NCBI GenBank assembly: GCA_047967505.1
Contig: CM106538.1
Direction: 5' to 3' (one strand)
From: Dipteris shenzhenensis
Lineage: Eukaryota
DNA: 64,000 nt
Shown here: positions 12,578 through 24,712 of the stretch, in pieces
How positions within the stretch are numbered: position 1 is the stretch's first letter
Layout: each line of letters begins with the position of its first letter
Notes under the pieces: generated by a model
The model's database searches: none
The model's input: the letters and a program-made list of their open reading frames with translations, nothing else
What the model was told of the DNA's origin: nothing
Translations under genes and position numbers: made by a program

Positions 12578-13262
12578 AACACATAACAAACACTGTCATA
12601 GCACGTCTATAGATGCGTTTAACAGCACGTCTCACAGCTATCTATTTTTCCAAAAGATAGACGCGCTCCGATAGACGCCTTTTTCAAAGAAACTGAATAG
12701 AACATGCGCCCAACCCCAAAAAGAACAACACTAGTACCAAAAACATCCCTTCCTTGCATACGACAAAGGAGAATCCAAAGAGAGCAACTTCTAAAGAAGA
12801 TCAACTGCCAAGAGACTTACCTTGGATAGAGTTATGGAAGCTTCTTGTCCTTCCTTAAAGCTACTTCTCTTTCTTCTCTTCCTTGTTCACCCTCTTCTCT
12901 TGTGTGCTTGGGGATGATTGTGTAAGCCTGGAGATGAGTGTGGGTGCTTGGAGATAAGTGTGGATGCCCGGAGCTGTGTCTGTTAATAGGAAAACAAGCT
13001 GCGCAACACTAAAAGTATGTGAAGGAAAGCAAGCGCGCTAAAAGAGGTTCAAAAATCAACTCACAATCTATGCATCTATCAGTGCGTCTAGCAGCGCATC
13101 TAAAAGCACGTCTATCAGTGCATCTACACTACATTTTAGACATGCCTATCGATGCATTCCACAGTACAGACGTGGTGTTAGACGCACTTTTAGATGCTAC
13201 ATAGAGTTTTAACATTTACAACTCATGTAAGAACAAATTTTTTGGGTTGTTTATCTGTAGGA

Positions 13263-14713
13263 TGTCTTCATCTTCAACAAGTAGCTCCAGTGAGGATGAA
13301 TCCCTCCATATCCACCATCGCGAAATGTGCATAGTTGGAGAAAAAAATCAAATGTATGTGTGATCGATGTAGAGGAAACATGTATCATGCACGCATAATT
13401 ACACTTAATCACATCTCAAAGTATGGAGAATGGGATGCGATCGTAAACATGGTAAGTGTTAAAGAGTTAAGATTAATTGAGATACCTATTTATGTGTTTG
13501 AGTTATGATCCCGTTTTAATTTGATACAGGATGCAGTGCCACACCCGCATATGTTGCCCTATGCTCGTCGTGAGGAGGCAAAGCGTTGGCGATATGAGGT
13601 GGGATCTTCAGGAGGGACCGTTACGGATGCATGGAGTGATGGTGATAGTAGCTCTTCCCCATCACTTCATGAGGCCGTGGAGGAGGAGGTGTTTGATGAT
13701 ATGGTGCGGGATTTATATGTCCATCAATCCTCAGGTAGGGATGCAAATAGCATGGAGTAGGATGATCTTTTTACCCTAGCATCAACTCCACTGTTTGAGG
13801 GGTGCACATTCTCTATTCTACATGCCTACCTTGAGTTACTAAACTTGTAGACCATCTATGGATGGAGCAATGCAAGTTTTAATGCATTACTCAAGTAAGC
13901 TTTAAAGTCTATTTTGCAAAAATGGTGAATTATGCTAGTGGGTCAATTACTCAAATGCTTTTTCTCATTTATGGTCTTCACGTGCAGGCTATTATGTAAA
14001 ATGCTTCCAAGGGAGAATAAATTACCGACCTCAAGAGATATGGCAAGGCAACATGTGGCCATTCCTTGTGTGTTCAATTCATACTACCCACTAGCATTTC
14101 TCGTAGTGCATCAAAGGATGTCAAGGATGGTATTTACAAGATGGGCGAGCTTGTGAGGTACTTTATAGGATACAAAATGTGAAGCGTATCAATGCTCCAT
14201 GCAAGGTGTTCATATGGCATACTTTTTCCTTTCTAGGTATGTGAGCTCAAAGGAAATAGATCCAAGCACGCTTGAGAATGCTGGAGTTATGTCAGTGGAG
14301 GTGGTTTGTTTAGTGGAGGAGACATTTCCACATTCTATTCTCACAAGCCAACCACATCTCATAGTGCATTTGGTGAATGAGATTGCTATATGCGGTACTG
14401 TACATTCACGATGGGTGTTCTTCCTCGAGCGCTTCATGAAGACCTTGAAGGGTTTCATGAGACAAAATGCAAGACCTGAAGGTAGCATGGCCGAGGGTTG
14501 GTTGTTGGTACAAGAGTCACTTGTATATATTTCTGAGTTTCTTGTTGATGTGGATAGCTCTCTCCCACGACTATGGAGAGATGATGAAGACCTAAGGATG
14601 ACCTCTATTGTGCCTCAAGGGAAAGGATGCAGCAAAGTAATAGACACGGAGTTGCTTAATAATATCAACCTTTATTGCATGCTTAATAGTGATGTGATGA
14701 AAAGATGGCTGAA
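13263..14713 (+). pseudogene. CACTA transposase (TnpD-like), 5' part; catalytic Tnp2 core apparently deleted, DUF4218-like region retained
   Basis: ASTPLFEGCTFSIL...LLNL*TIYGWSNASFNALLK / LLCKMLPRENKLPTS is the typical En/Spm N-terminal block. It is followed by HLIVHLVNEIAICGTVHSRWVFFLERFMKTLKGFMRQNARPEGSMAEGW (DUF4218 pattern). GT-AG introns are present. Confidence 0.85.
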
Positions 14714-15313
14714 CACCTATTTCATTAATTTTGGACTTTTTCTGTTGTTTTTGGATGAAGCCCAAAAATCCTTCCCAAATGAAAAGTTTACTTTGTGAAA
14801 ATATCCTTCCCAGATCAAAATTTTACTTTCTGAAAATATTCTTCCCAAATCAAAAGTTCACTTTGTGGCACTATCATATTCACATAAAAATATTGTTTTT
14901 TCAATCTATACTTTTGCACCAACATGCAAGAATTTGAAATAATCCTATATTAGAAATTCTAGCTATATCGAAGTTATTTGTTAATTTAATTATTTTTAAT
15001 ATTTTTCCTTGACGTTTTTCCTTGACGTGATAAATTTATAAATCCATGAAAGGAGACTTAAATATTTCATAAAAATAACATTGTTACTCGCAATATGCAC
15101 AAAATTTTTAAAACTTTTAATAAATAGAAAAAAGACATGATGCCATAAGACCCAAGTTTTGTATTGAACCAACGAGGTATAATAGCAATTATAGCGATTA
15201 TTATATGATTACATTGAGAGACGTTGCTCTCAGCTAGAGTCTTTATATCCAAAATGATATAGATTGAACATATGTTTACAATTTAAATTGTTGCTCTTAA
15301 AGAGCCTCAATTC

Positions 15314-15735
15314 GTGCCATCTGCATAATTTGACTCCCCATTGTCTTATTGCTCAATGTCACGACAGTCCCTTGCCGGGTGCCATCTGCATAATTTGACT
15401 CCCACTTGTCTTGCCAAGCCTTGCCCCTTGGGTGCATTGACTCCCCATTGTCTTATTGCTCAATGTGATAGTCCCTTGCCAGGTGCCATCTGCATTAACT
15501 CCCTATTGTCTTGCCAAGCCTTGACCCTTGGGTGACATCTAGTGCAAAATACAGGTGCCATCTGCATTAACTCCCACTTGTCTTGCCAAGCCTTGCCCCT
15601 TGGGTGCATTGACTCCCCATTTTCTTATTGCTCAATGTGATAGTCCATTGCCAGGTGCCATCTGCATTAACTCCCTATTGTCTTGGCAAGCCTTGACCCT
15701 TGGGTGACATCCAGTGCATATTTTGACTCTCATTT
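15314..15735. repeat. Subterminal tandem repeat cluster downstream of the transposase
   Basis: Recurring modules gtgccatctgcat(t)aa...actccc, ttgtcttgccaagccttg(a/c)cccttgggtg and ttattgctcaatgt. Confidence 0.85.
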
Positions 15736-15847
15736 GACATAGGAGGTGATGAATCTGATTATAATTGTCTTGGATTGGCTTCTTGCCTAGTACCCAAATA
15801 AAATCCTTCAATGGACTTCAATACAAAGCTTTAATCATGGACATTCT

Positions 15848-18800
15848 TCATTTGCGTTGTCTCCTTCTACTTCCTCCATGGAGCATCCTTAAAAATTCTA
15901 CCTCATATCCCATGCTCTTCTTTGATTTCTTTTCCCTTGAATGCCAAGACACTATGATTGTCTCCGTCGAAACTTGAGAGACCGCTTCATCATTTGGGAC
16001 CCACTCCTTCATTATACAATTAGTATACAATGTGTTGTTATCCATATTCTCCTTCCTGCCCTTTGGCTCATATTATACCGTTGTAAATGTTGTAGCTCTC
16101 CCTTGGTCATCTCTTTGCACATTAACTACTTTTGCAACCCAAAACTTCACATTCTCATATTCATCATCCGCCGATGGCCGAACCACAACAAAACAATCGA
16201 CCTCTATATCTACTTGTGGCATAAACTCTCTCTTCTTTGGTCCACAATATGGACGTGGGAGTAATGATACAAATTCATTTTCAAAGACTGGAGCTGGGCG
16301 CAAATCGTTATGAACATTTGGCTAAAACATATTGCATTCTTCCTTGACATCCTTTGAGCCTCGCATTCTCTCAAGGTCCTTTATTAAATTTCGTGTCTTG
16401 TTAATTATAGTGGTAGTGTGTTCTCTCCAAGTAGGCTTCGAATCAGGATATCTCCGGAGCATTTCCTCTTTGTATGTAATAAATGTTTTTAATCCTTTTA
16501 TTTCACAGTTAAACCTCTCATTGAATTCTTGTATAGGAGCCCATGTTGGATACCTTTCCTTGCTGGGAATTGAAGTTAAGAGACTGTAAGGTTCTTCAGG
16601 TTCCCATTTTGTACCATGAGAATACTGTTGCCATTGCATTACGAGTTTTTCATCTTAAAAAAAAAAACGAAAGTAGTGTGGATTGGTATGACCTGTCAAT
16701 GCATCACCACCCGTTTGTATGAAAGGTAGAATGAAGCTCTTCCAATCATACATTCTTTCGAGCCTCTCATATACTGTACTTTCCTTACGACCACCAACTT
16801 GCCTGCCACATCTTCTCACCAAGTCATCTATTGTCTCCACATCCTTGCATTTAAGCTCCCTTGAGACTGTGCTAAAAACCTGATCGATATCCTCATGTGT
16901 ATGCCCAACATACAAAAATCCAGATTCGACCTCATTGAAGATTCGATGAGCAACTAGCATGGAGCAGAATGCAAACATGAGTACATTCTTATTTTCTCGC
17001 CAGCAATTATCAGCTTGTATTCTCAAAGTCGGTGGTAGGCGACCTTTTTCTGCATGTACATTGTGAATTGCCTTCATAATAGATGTTACAACTTGATTGC
17101 TATCATGTAGATGCAAGGAATCAATCCATATATGTGCAAAGAACTTAATTCCATGCACTAATACTCCACATAGATGTGTCTTTAGAAAGTGCTTTCCTTG
17201 TAATTTAGGTGGAGTGGCAACAAAACGAGGCAATGTTGTTGTATTCTGATCCATGCCATCTACAATAAGGCACATGTAGTCATCGGGATGTGAAATAGCT
17301 TGCTCCTTCCAAAATGCATATTTTTGTCTGGAATGTCGAATAAGGTCATGATGAGATTTTTGGTTTTTTTTGTATAATTCCCTTTGATTTGGACATGTTG
17401 CACTCTCAATCGCTCGCTTTAAATCATCACAGACATTGCACTTTGATATTTTTTGCCTCCTTGGGATTTTAACATATCCAAAGTTCTTCTTCCAAAGAGT
17501 ATACAAAGTATGAGAAGAAGCTACGGTTTCCAAAGAGTATACAAAGTATGAGAAGAAGCTACGGCATCCCCTCTTTGCCTTTGCTTTTCTGCAATAGAGT
17601 CAAATACTTCGAGCTTTGTCAAGCTCATTGGAAGGTGCATTTCAGTGATCGCATCACCGTTAGGGAGTTTGGTAGATATATGGGGTTGAGGTAAAGCATT
17701 TCATGTATGAAGTCTTGCAAAATTGCTGCTACCCTGATAGTTGAGATTCTTGATTTGGACCTTCCTCTATTACCGTGAATGCTAAATTTGTTGTCGCCCT
17801 TTGCCTTGTTGACTAAATCCCAATATGTACCATGGGATAATCCAATAATATTGCGATATGCCTTATTGCAAATCCTTTTTCCATTTACGAGAGGTTTTAC
17901 CTTTTGTCTTGAACTTAGCCTTTTATTGCCATTCTAAAGAAAGCAAGAGAGACTTGTGAGAAGGTATTCATTTCTTTTGCTTCCTCTTCTTTGCCACACG
18001 TGTCCTCTACATTCCCTGATGTCTGCAAGATCAATGAAGCGCATACATATTCGCTTGCAACATAGATATCCCAATGCATTTAACATGTTCTCCTCCTTCA
18101 TTACTCTCTTCCTCTTTGGTTGCTTTTGTGGATCTGCCTGGATTTGCTTTCTCTTGATGCATATGTATGACCGTTTTCGTTCCTCGTGCACGTTGTTATC
18201 TGTATTTATGCACTTCTTCTCCTCACATTTGTTTGTAACCAAGCATCCATGATTGGTCGTTGCATCCTTGGCCATATCACAATCAAAGTTAAATACTGAA
18301 TAATCCTCTGTTGATCTCATCCTCGTTTTTAACATACTCTTATGACCATTCAATGAATTCAATCTTTTATGAGAGTATTGAGAACCTTGAAACTCTTCCA
18401 CTCCTGAGAGAACATCACTCATTGGGACATCTTGCATGGCTTTCACAAATCCACAAGCTTGATTGACACCAGGTTTGTTAATATGTATGAACTCATCCAC
18501 ACTTGACAAGACATCGCTATTGAAACCTTTGCCCTTCTCACTGTGCAAGAATTCATCCAACCCAGATAAGGCTTCGCTTCTAAAATCATTTTGTTTCTCA
18601 GAACCAATGAACTCATCCACTCTAGATAAGATGTCACTTCTATAATTGAGTACATTGAAATCATCCACATTTGAAGTGATAGAGCCTGGCACATGGGCAC
18701 GCTTTTTAGGTCCTTTGATATTGTAGTATACCTTGTCTTTATCATTGAAAACCACATGCCTCTTTCTCATGTTTAAAAACTGCATGCTCCATCTCATATT

Positions 18801-19298
18801 CTTGCCTACCTCATAGTAGGGATCACATAAGGATGTTATGTTATCAACCATACCATCATCAGTGACTTTTAGAATCCTCATCTGTGCAAATGACCATTGC
18901 TCCACTTGTTCAAATCCCAATACTTCACCTTCTGCTACAGTCTTATTTGCAAATGATCTCATTTGTAAAATGTCCCCTATAGTAAAATCCAAGGTGGTGC
19001 ACTTTGTATTCTTGATAATGTCTGTTGCATAAGTCTCATCTTTGTCCCATGCTATAAATGATTTGTTGGATGTATTGTAGGGCATAACATCTCCAAGTGT
19101 TTCCATATCTCCACATTTATACTTTAGCTCAACATATGCGCTAAGAATCTTTGATACAGTAACTGCCACCTTATCTTCGCCAAGTCTTCGAAAGTGGCAA
19201 ACTGAATTGGGATCACTATCATGGATTGTAGCAAATGCAACTACTTCTCTTTTGCTACATAAAATCACATCCATTCCTGGAACAAAATCTATAGCCAT
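15848..19298 (-). pseudogene. Disrupted ~1150-codon DDD transposase (Sola1/DUF7869-like)
   Basis: Contiguous ORF pieces 19298-17934, 17933-17530 (manual: VNGKRICNKAYRNIIGLS...HGNRG), 17533-16655, 16639-16322, 16303-16073 and 16045-15848. Motifs KCNVC...HH, LIVDGMDQ, LRIQADNCWRENKN and FLYVGHTHEDIDQVFS. Lesions: stop at 17934, 38-bp duplication at 17490-17564, poly-A slip near 16640, further stops. Confidence 0.8.
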
Positions 19299-19423
19299 CT
19301 CCTTTGTGAGAGTCCTTTGCAAGCAAGCTGCAGTAACAACAATTACATAAATATTAGTCTCTTTTTAATAATCTACTCATTTATTATAATTTTTAATTAG
19401 TACTTAATTTATTGGTGGGAGAA

Positions 19424-22242
19424 GTTATCCGATCAAGTACTCATCAGATGGACATGCCAAGTTATCCTTTGCATGGTCGATCGAGCATTAAATACTATTT
19501 TTGCTCTAGTGTCATGCACATCCGTAAAAAAACACGCTGCTAGGTATGTTATCCGATTAAGCACTTATGGGATGGGCGTGCCACTTTGCATGTAAGTCAA
19601 TTCCACCTAGTTGAAGGTGTGTGCAAAGTATTGTGCCCATCGGATATGCTTTGCATTGTTAATCAAGCATAAAACACCGTTCTTGCCTTAGCATCATGCA
19701 CAACCATGAAAAAACACGGTCCTAGGTGTGTTAATCAAACAAGTACTTATCGGATGGGGGCTCCACTTTTCACGCAAGTCCGTTTCAATAGGTTGAGATG
19801 CGTGCAAAGTATTGTCACCATTGGATATGCTCGGCATGGTCGATTACACATTATACAACGTTTTTCCCGTGGTGATATGCACATCTGCAAAAAAACACGC
19901 CCTTAGGTATGTTATCTGACCAAGTACTTATCGAATGGGTGTGCCTCTTTTAGAACATTTCAATACCACCTAGGTTAAGGCATAAGAAAAGTATTGTTCC
20001 CATAGGAAATGCTTTGCATGGTTGATCGAGCATTAAATACCATTTTTGCCTTAGTGTCATGCACATCCGTAAAAAAACACGCTGCTAGGTGTGTTATCCG
20101 ATCAAGTACTTATGCGATGGGAATGCCACTTTGCATGTAAGTCAATTCCACCTAGTTGAAGGTGTGTGCAAAGTATTGTGCCCATCGGATATGCTTTGCA
20201 TTGTGGATCAAGCATAAAACACCGTTTTTGCCTTAGTGTCATGCACAACCATATAAAAACACGGCCCTAGGTGTGTTATTCAAACAAGTACTTATCGGAT
20301 GGGGGCTCCACTTTGCACGCAAGACTGTTTCAACTACGTTGAGGTGCGTGCAAAGTATTGTCACCATCGGATATGCTTTGCATGGTCGATCATGCATTAT
20401 ACACCGTTTTTTCCCTAGTGATATGCACATCTGCAAAAAAACACGCCCTTAAGTGTGTTATACCAAGTACTTATCGGATGGGTGTGCATCTTTGAGAACA
20501 TTTCAATACCACCTAGGTTGAGGCATAGTGAAAGTGTTGTGCCCATCGGATATCCATTGCATGGTCGATCGAGCATTAAATACTAGTTTTTCTCTAGTGT
20601 CATGCACATCCGTAAAAAAACACACTGCTAGGTATGTTATTCGATCAAGCACTTATGGGTGGGTGTGCCACTTTGCATGTAAGTCAATTCCACCTAGTTG
20701 AAGGTGTGTGCAAAGTATTGTGCCCATCGGATATGCTTTGTATTGTCGATCAAGCATAAAACACCGTTCTTGCCTTAGCGTCATGCACAACCATGAAAAA
20801 ACACGGTCCTAGGGGTGTTAATCAAACAAGTACTTATCGGATGGGGGCTCCACTTTGTATGCAAGTCCTTTACAACTAGATTGAGGTGCGTGCAAAGCAT
20901 TGTCACCATCAGATATGCTTTGCATGGCCGATCACGCATTATACACCGTTTTTCCCCTAGTCATATGCACATCCGCAAAAAAACATGCTGCTAGGTATGT
21001 TATCCGATCAAGCACTTATGGGATGGGTGTGCCACTTTGCATGTAAGTCAATTACACCTAGTTGAAGGTGTCTGCAAAGTATTGTGCCCATCGGATATGC
21101 TTTGCATTGTTGATCAAGCATAAGACACCGTTTTTGGCTTAGTGTCATGCACCATGAAAAAACACGGTCCTAAGTGTGTTAATCAAACAAGTACTTATCG
21201 GATGGGGGATCCAGTTTCCACGCATGTCCGTTTCAACTAGGTTGAGATGCGTGCAAAGTATTGTCACCATCGGATATGCTCTGCATGGTCGATTACGCAT
21301 TATACAACGTTTTTCCCGTAGTGATATGCACATCCGCAAAAAAGCATGCCCTTAGGTGTGTTATCTGACCAAGTACTTATTGGATGGGTGTGCCTCTTTG
21401 AGAACATTTCAATACCACCTAGGTTGCAGTGCAGGAAAAGTATTGTGCCCATCGGATATCCTTTGCATGGTCGATCGAGCATTAAATACCATTTTTGCTC
21501 TAGTGTCATGCACACCCGTAAAAAAAACACGCTGCTAGGTATGTTATCCGATCAAGCACATATGGGATGGGTGTGCCACTTTCCATGTAAGTCAATTCCA
21601 CCTAGTTGAAGGTGTGTGCAAAGTATTGTGCCCATCGGATATGCTTTGCAGTGTCGATCAAGCATAAAACACGGTTTTTGCCTTAGTGTCATGCACAACC
21701 ATATAAAAACACGGCTGTAGGTGTGTTATTCAAACAAGTACTTATTGGATGGGGGATCCACTTTGTACGCAAGTCTGTTTCAACTAGGTTGAGGTGCGTG
21801 CAAAGTATTGTCACCATCGGATATGCTTTGCATGGTCGATCACGCATTATACACAATTTTTTCCCTAGTGATATGCACATCCGCAAAAAAAGGCGCCCTT
21901 AGTGTGTTATCTGACCAAGTACTTATCGAATGGGTGTGCCTCTTTGAGAACATTTCAATACCACCTAGGTTGAGGCGTACGAAAAGTGTTGTGCCCATCG
22001 GGTATCCTTTGCATGGTCGATCAAGCATTAAATACTATTTTTGCTCTAGTGTCATGCACATCCGTAAAAAAACACGCTCCTAGGTATGTTATCCGATCAA
22101 GCACTTATGGGATGGGTGTGCCACTTTTCATGTAAGTCAATTCCACCTAGTTGAAGGTGTGTGCAAAGTATTGTGCCCATCGGATATGCTTTGCATTGTC
22201 GATCAAGCATAAAACACTGTTTTTACCTTAGTGTCATGCACA
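19424..22242 (-). repeat. Left satellite array, ~182-bp monomers (about 15 units), reverse orientation
   Basis: Repeating units with gtgcccatcggatatgctttgca and atccgatcaagtacttat; reverse complement of the 24713-32274 array. Confidence 0.95.
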
Positions 22243-23700
22243 GACCCCCCCCCTCCCTCCCCTCCTTGGGGTCTTGGCGGCCGTGGCTGCCAGAACCCCC
22301 CCTCCCTCCCTTGACCCCGCCCCTCCCTCCAGCTAGGACCCCCCCACCCCCGCGCCTGCCTCCCCCCCCCTCCCTCCCTTCTTGGGGTCCTGGCGGCAAC
22401 GGCCACCAGAACCCCCCCCTCCGTCCCTCCCGCCCCACCCTCCATCCCCTCCTTCCCCTGGGAGGGTCCTGGCAACCGCGGCTGCCAAAACCCCCCACCC
22501 CCCCTCCATCCCCTCCATCCCCTCCTTCCCCTGGGAGGGTCCTGGCGGCCGCGGCCGCCAGAACCTCCCCCCCCCTCCATCCCCTCCTTCCCTGGGAGGG
22601 TCTTGGCGGCCGCGGCCGCCAGAACCCCCCCTCCCTCCCTCTCTCGACCCCGCCCCCGCCCCTCCCTCCCCTCCCCCCCCTCCATCTTGGGGTCCTGGCA
22701 GCCGCGGCCGCCGGAACCCCCCCCTCCCTACCCGGATCCCCTCCCCCCTCCCCCCCCTCCTTGGGGTTTTGGCGGCCGCGGTCGCCAAAACCCCCCCACC
22801 CCCTCCCTCCCCTCCCCCCCTGGGAGAGTCCTGGCGGCCGCGGCCGCCAGAACCCCCCCCTACCCCCTCCCTCCCCTCCCCCCTTGGGAGGGTCCTGGCG
22901 GCCGCGACCGCCAAAACCCCCCCTCCCTCCCTCCCTCGACCCCGCCCCCGCCCCTCCCTCCCCTCCCCCCCCTCCATCTTGGGGTCCTGGTGGTCGCGGC
23001 CGCCAGAACCCCCCCCTCCCTACTCGGCTCCCCTCCCCCCCCTCCCCTCCCCCCCTCCTTGGGGTTTTGGCGGCCGCGGTTGCCAGAACCCCCCCACCCC
23101 CTCCCTCCCCTCCCCCCCTGGGAGGGTCCTGGCGGCCGTGGCCGCCAGAACTCCCCTCCCCCGCCACCCCCTCCCTCCCCTCCCCTCCCCCCCATGGAGG
23201 GTCCTGGCAGCCGCGGCTGCCAGAACCCCCCCCTCCCTCCCTCCCTCGACCTCGCCCTCGCCCCTCCCTCCCCTCCCCCCCTCCTTGGGATTATGGTGGC
23301 CGCGACCGCCAAAACCCCCCCCACCCCCTTCCTCCCCTCCCCCCTTGGGAGGGTCCTAATGGCCACGGCCGCCAGAACCCCCCCCCTCCATCCCCTCCAT
23401 CCCCCCCGCCCTTCCCTCCCCTCCCCCCCCTCCATCCCCTCCTTGCGGCCGCCACTGCGGCTGCCAGACATCCCCCTGCCCCTCCCTCCCCTCCCCCCCT
23501 CCATCCACTCCTTGCGGCTACCACCGCGGCCGCCAGAAGCCCCGCCCCCCCTCCCCCCCTCCCCTCCCCTCCTTGGGGTCCTGGCGGCTGTGGCCGCCAG
23601 AACCCCCCCCTCCCTCCCTCGACCCCGCCCCCCGCCCCTCCCTCCCTTCCCCCCCCTCCATCCCCTCCTTCCCCTCCTGTCCTGGCGGCCGCCAGGAACC
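22243..23700. repeat. GC-rich minisatellite: about 19 copies of a ~30-bp palindrome separated by C-rich spacers
   Basis: Core GGGTCCTGGCGGCCGCGGCCGCCAGAACCC recurs every ~60-120 bp between oligo-C/CCT tracts. Confidence 0.9.
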
Positions 23701-23799
23701 TCTCTCTCTCTAGTTCCTCTCTCTCTTTCTTTCTTTCTCTCTCTTCAAATTTAAAAAAAAAATCTAGATAAAGAATTAATCAAAAAAATTTGCAAGTAC

Positions 23800-24025
23800 C
23801 TGGAAAAAGTTTGTAAGTTTGCTCTTTCTTGCTTTCTTGCTCGTCCTTGCTTTCTTGCTTCAATGAATGAAATGAGGGGAGAATGAATGAAGAAGGAAGA
23901 CTATATATAAGAAAAATTAGGTTTTCCTCCTCCTCTCCTATTGGCTTTCCATTCCTTCCCTCTCCTATTGGCTTTTCATTTCTCCCCTCTGCCATTGGCT
24001 CCCATTACTCCCCCTCTCCCATTGG
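23800..24025 (-). promoter_or_regulatory. Putative minus-strand promoter and first non-coding exon of the transposase gene
   Basis: Four CCAAT boxes (attgg on + at 23940, 23967, 23994, 24021), TATATATA at 23902-23909, a TCA-rich initiator-like zone near 23870-23885, and a CAG|GTACTT donor at 23800/23799. Confidence 0.6.
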
Positions 24026-24712
24026 ACCCCCATCCCTCATCCCAATCTTCCATTAGCCCTCCCCCATCCATTTCTTCTTCCTCCCCCAATCCCATCCCAC
24101 ATTTCCACCATGTCCCATACTCCTCTCATTTCCCAAAATCCCATATTTCCCCATCTCACCCTCCTCTTTTTCATCCCCTATTAACTCCCCTCACTCATTT
24201 CACTCCCTTATTATCCTACTCCCCTATTACCTTCCCCTCTCCCATTCCATTCTTCCCTCCCCACTCTCACTTCCACTTCCCATTACTCACTTGCCATTTG
24301 AAAACTATTAATATATTATTATACTATTTTTTATACTTATTATCATATACCCCTATTACTTCCCTCTCCCATTCCACTCCTCCCTTCTCACTCCCACTTC
24401 CACTTCCCATTACTCACTTGCTATACACATTTGCAAACTATTAATATATTATTATATGATTTTTTATACTATTTGCAAACTTACATGTGGGCCAAATCAC
24501 AGGTGTCAAAGCGATCCTATTGTGGTCATACAACAACTGTGCTTTTATTCAAGGGCGTATTTATCCTCATCAACAAGCTTATTTACTCAAGGTATGAAGT
24601 GCATAATATGTGCACTAGGTGTTTACTTTGTTGTATCAAAATTGTTTGCCACACACACACACACACATATACACATACCGAGAATTTTCTAATATTATCG
24701 CATCTACATTTC

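Noticed and set aside
11258-12674. ORFs of 130-380 aa rich in F/S/L or E/K/R
   Set aside because: Artefacts of the GA-rich low-complexity tract.
22243-23700. CRISPR-like appearance (palindromic repeat plus variable spacers)
   Set aside because: Spacers are low-complexity, related to each other and irregular in length; there are no cas genes and the context is eukaryotic.
22161-23771. Long Pro-rich and Gly-rich ORFs (up to 536 aa) resembling extensin or formin
   Set aside because: Open in nearly all six frames because the C/G-rich repeat lacks stop codons, and indels in the C-runs are not multiples of three.
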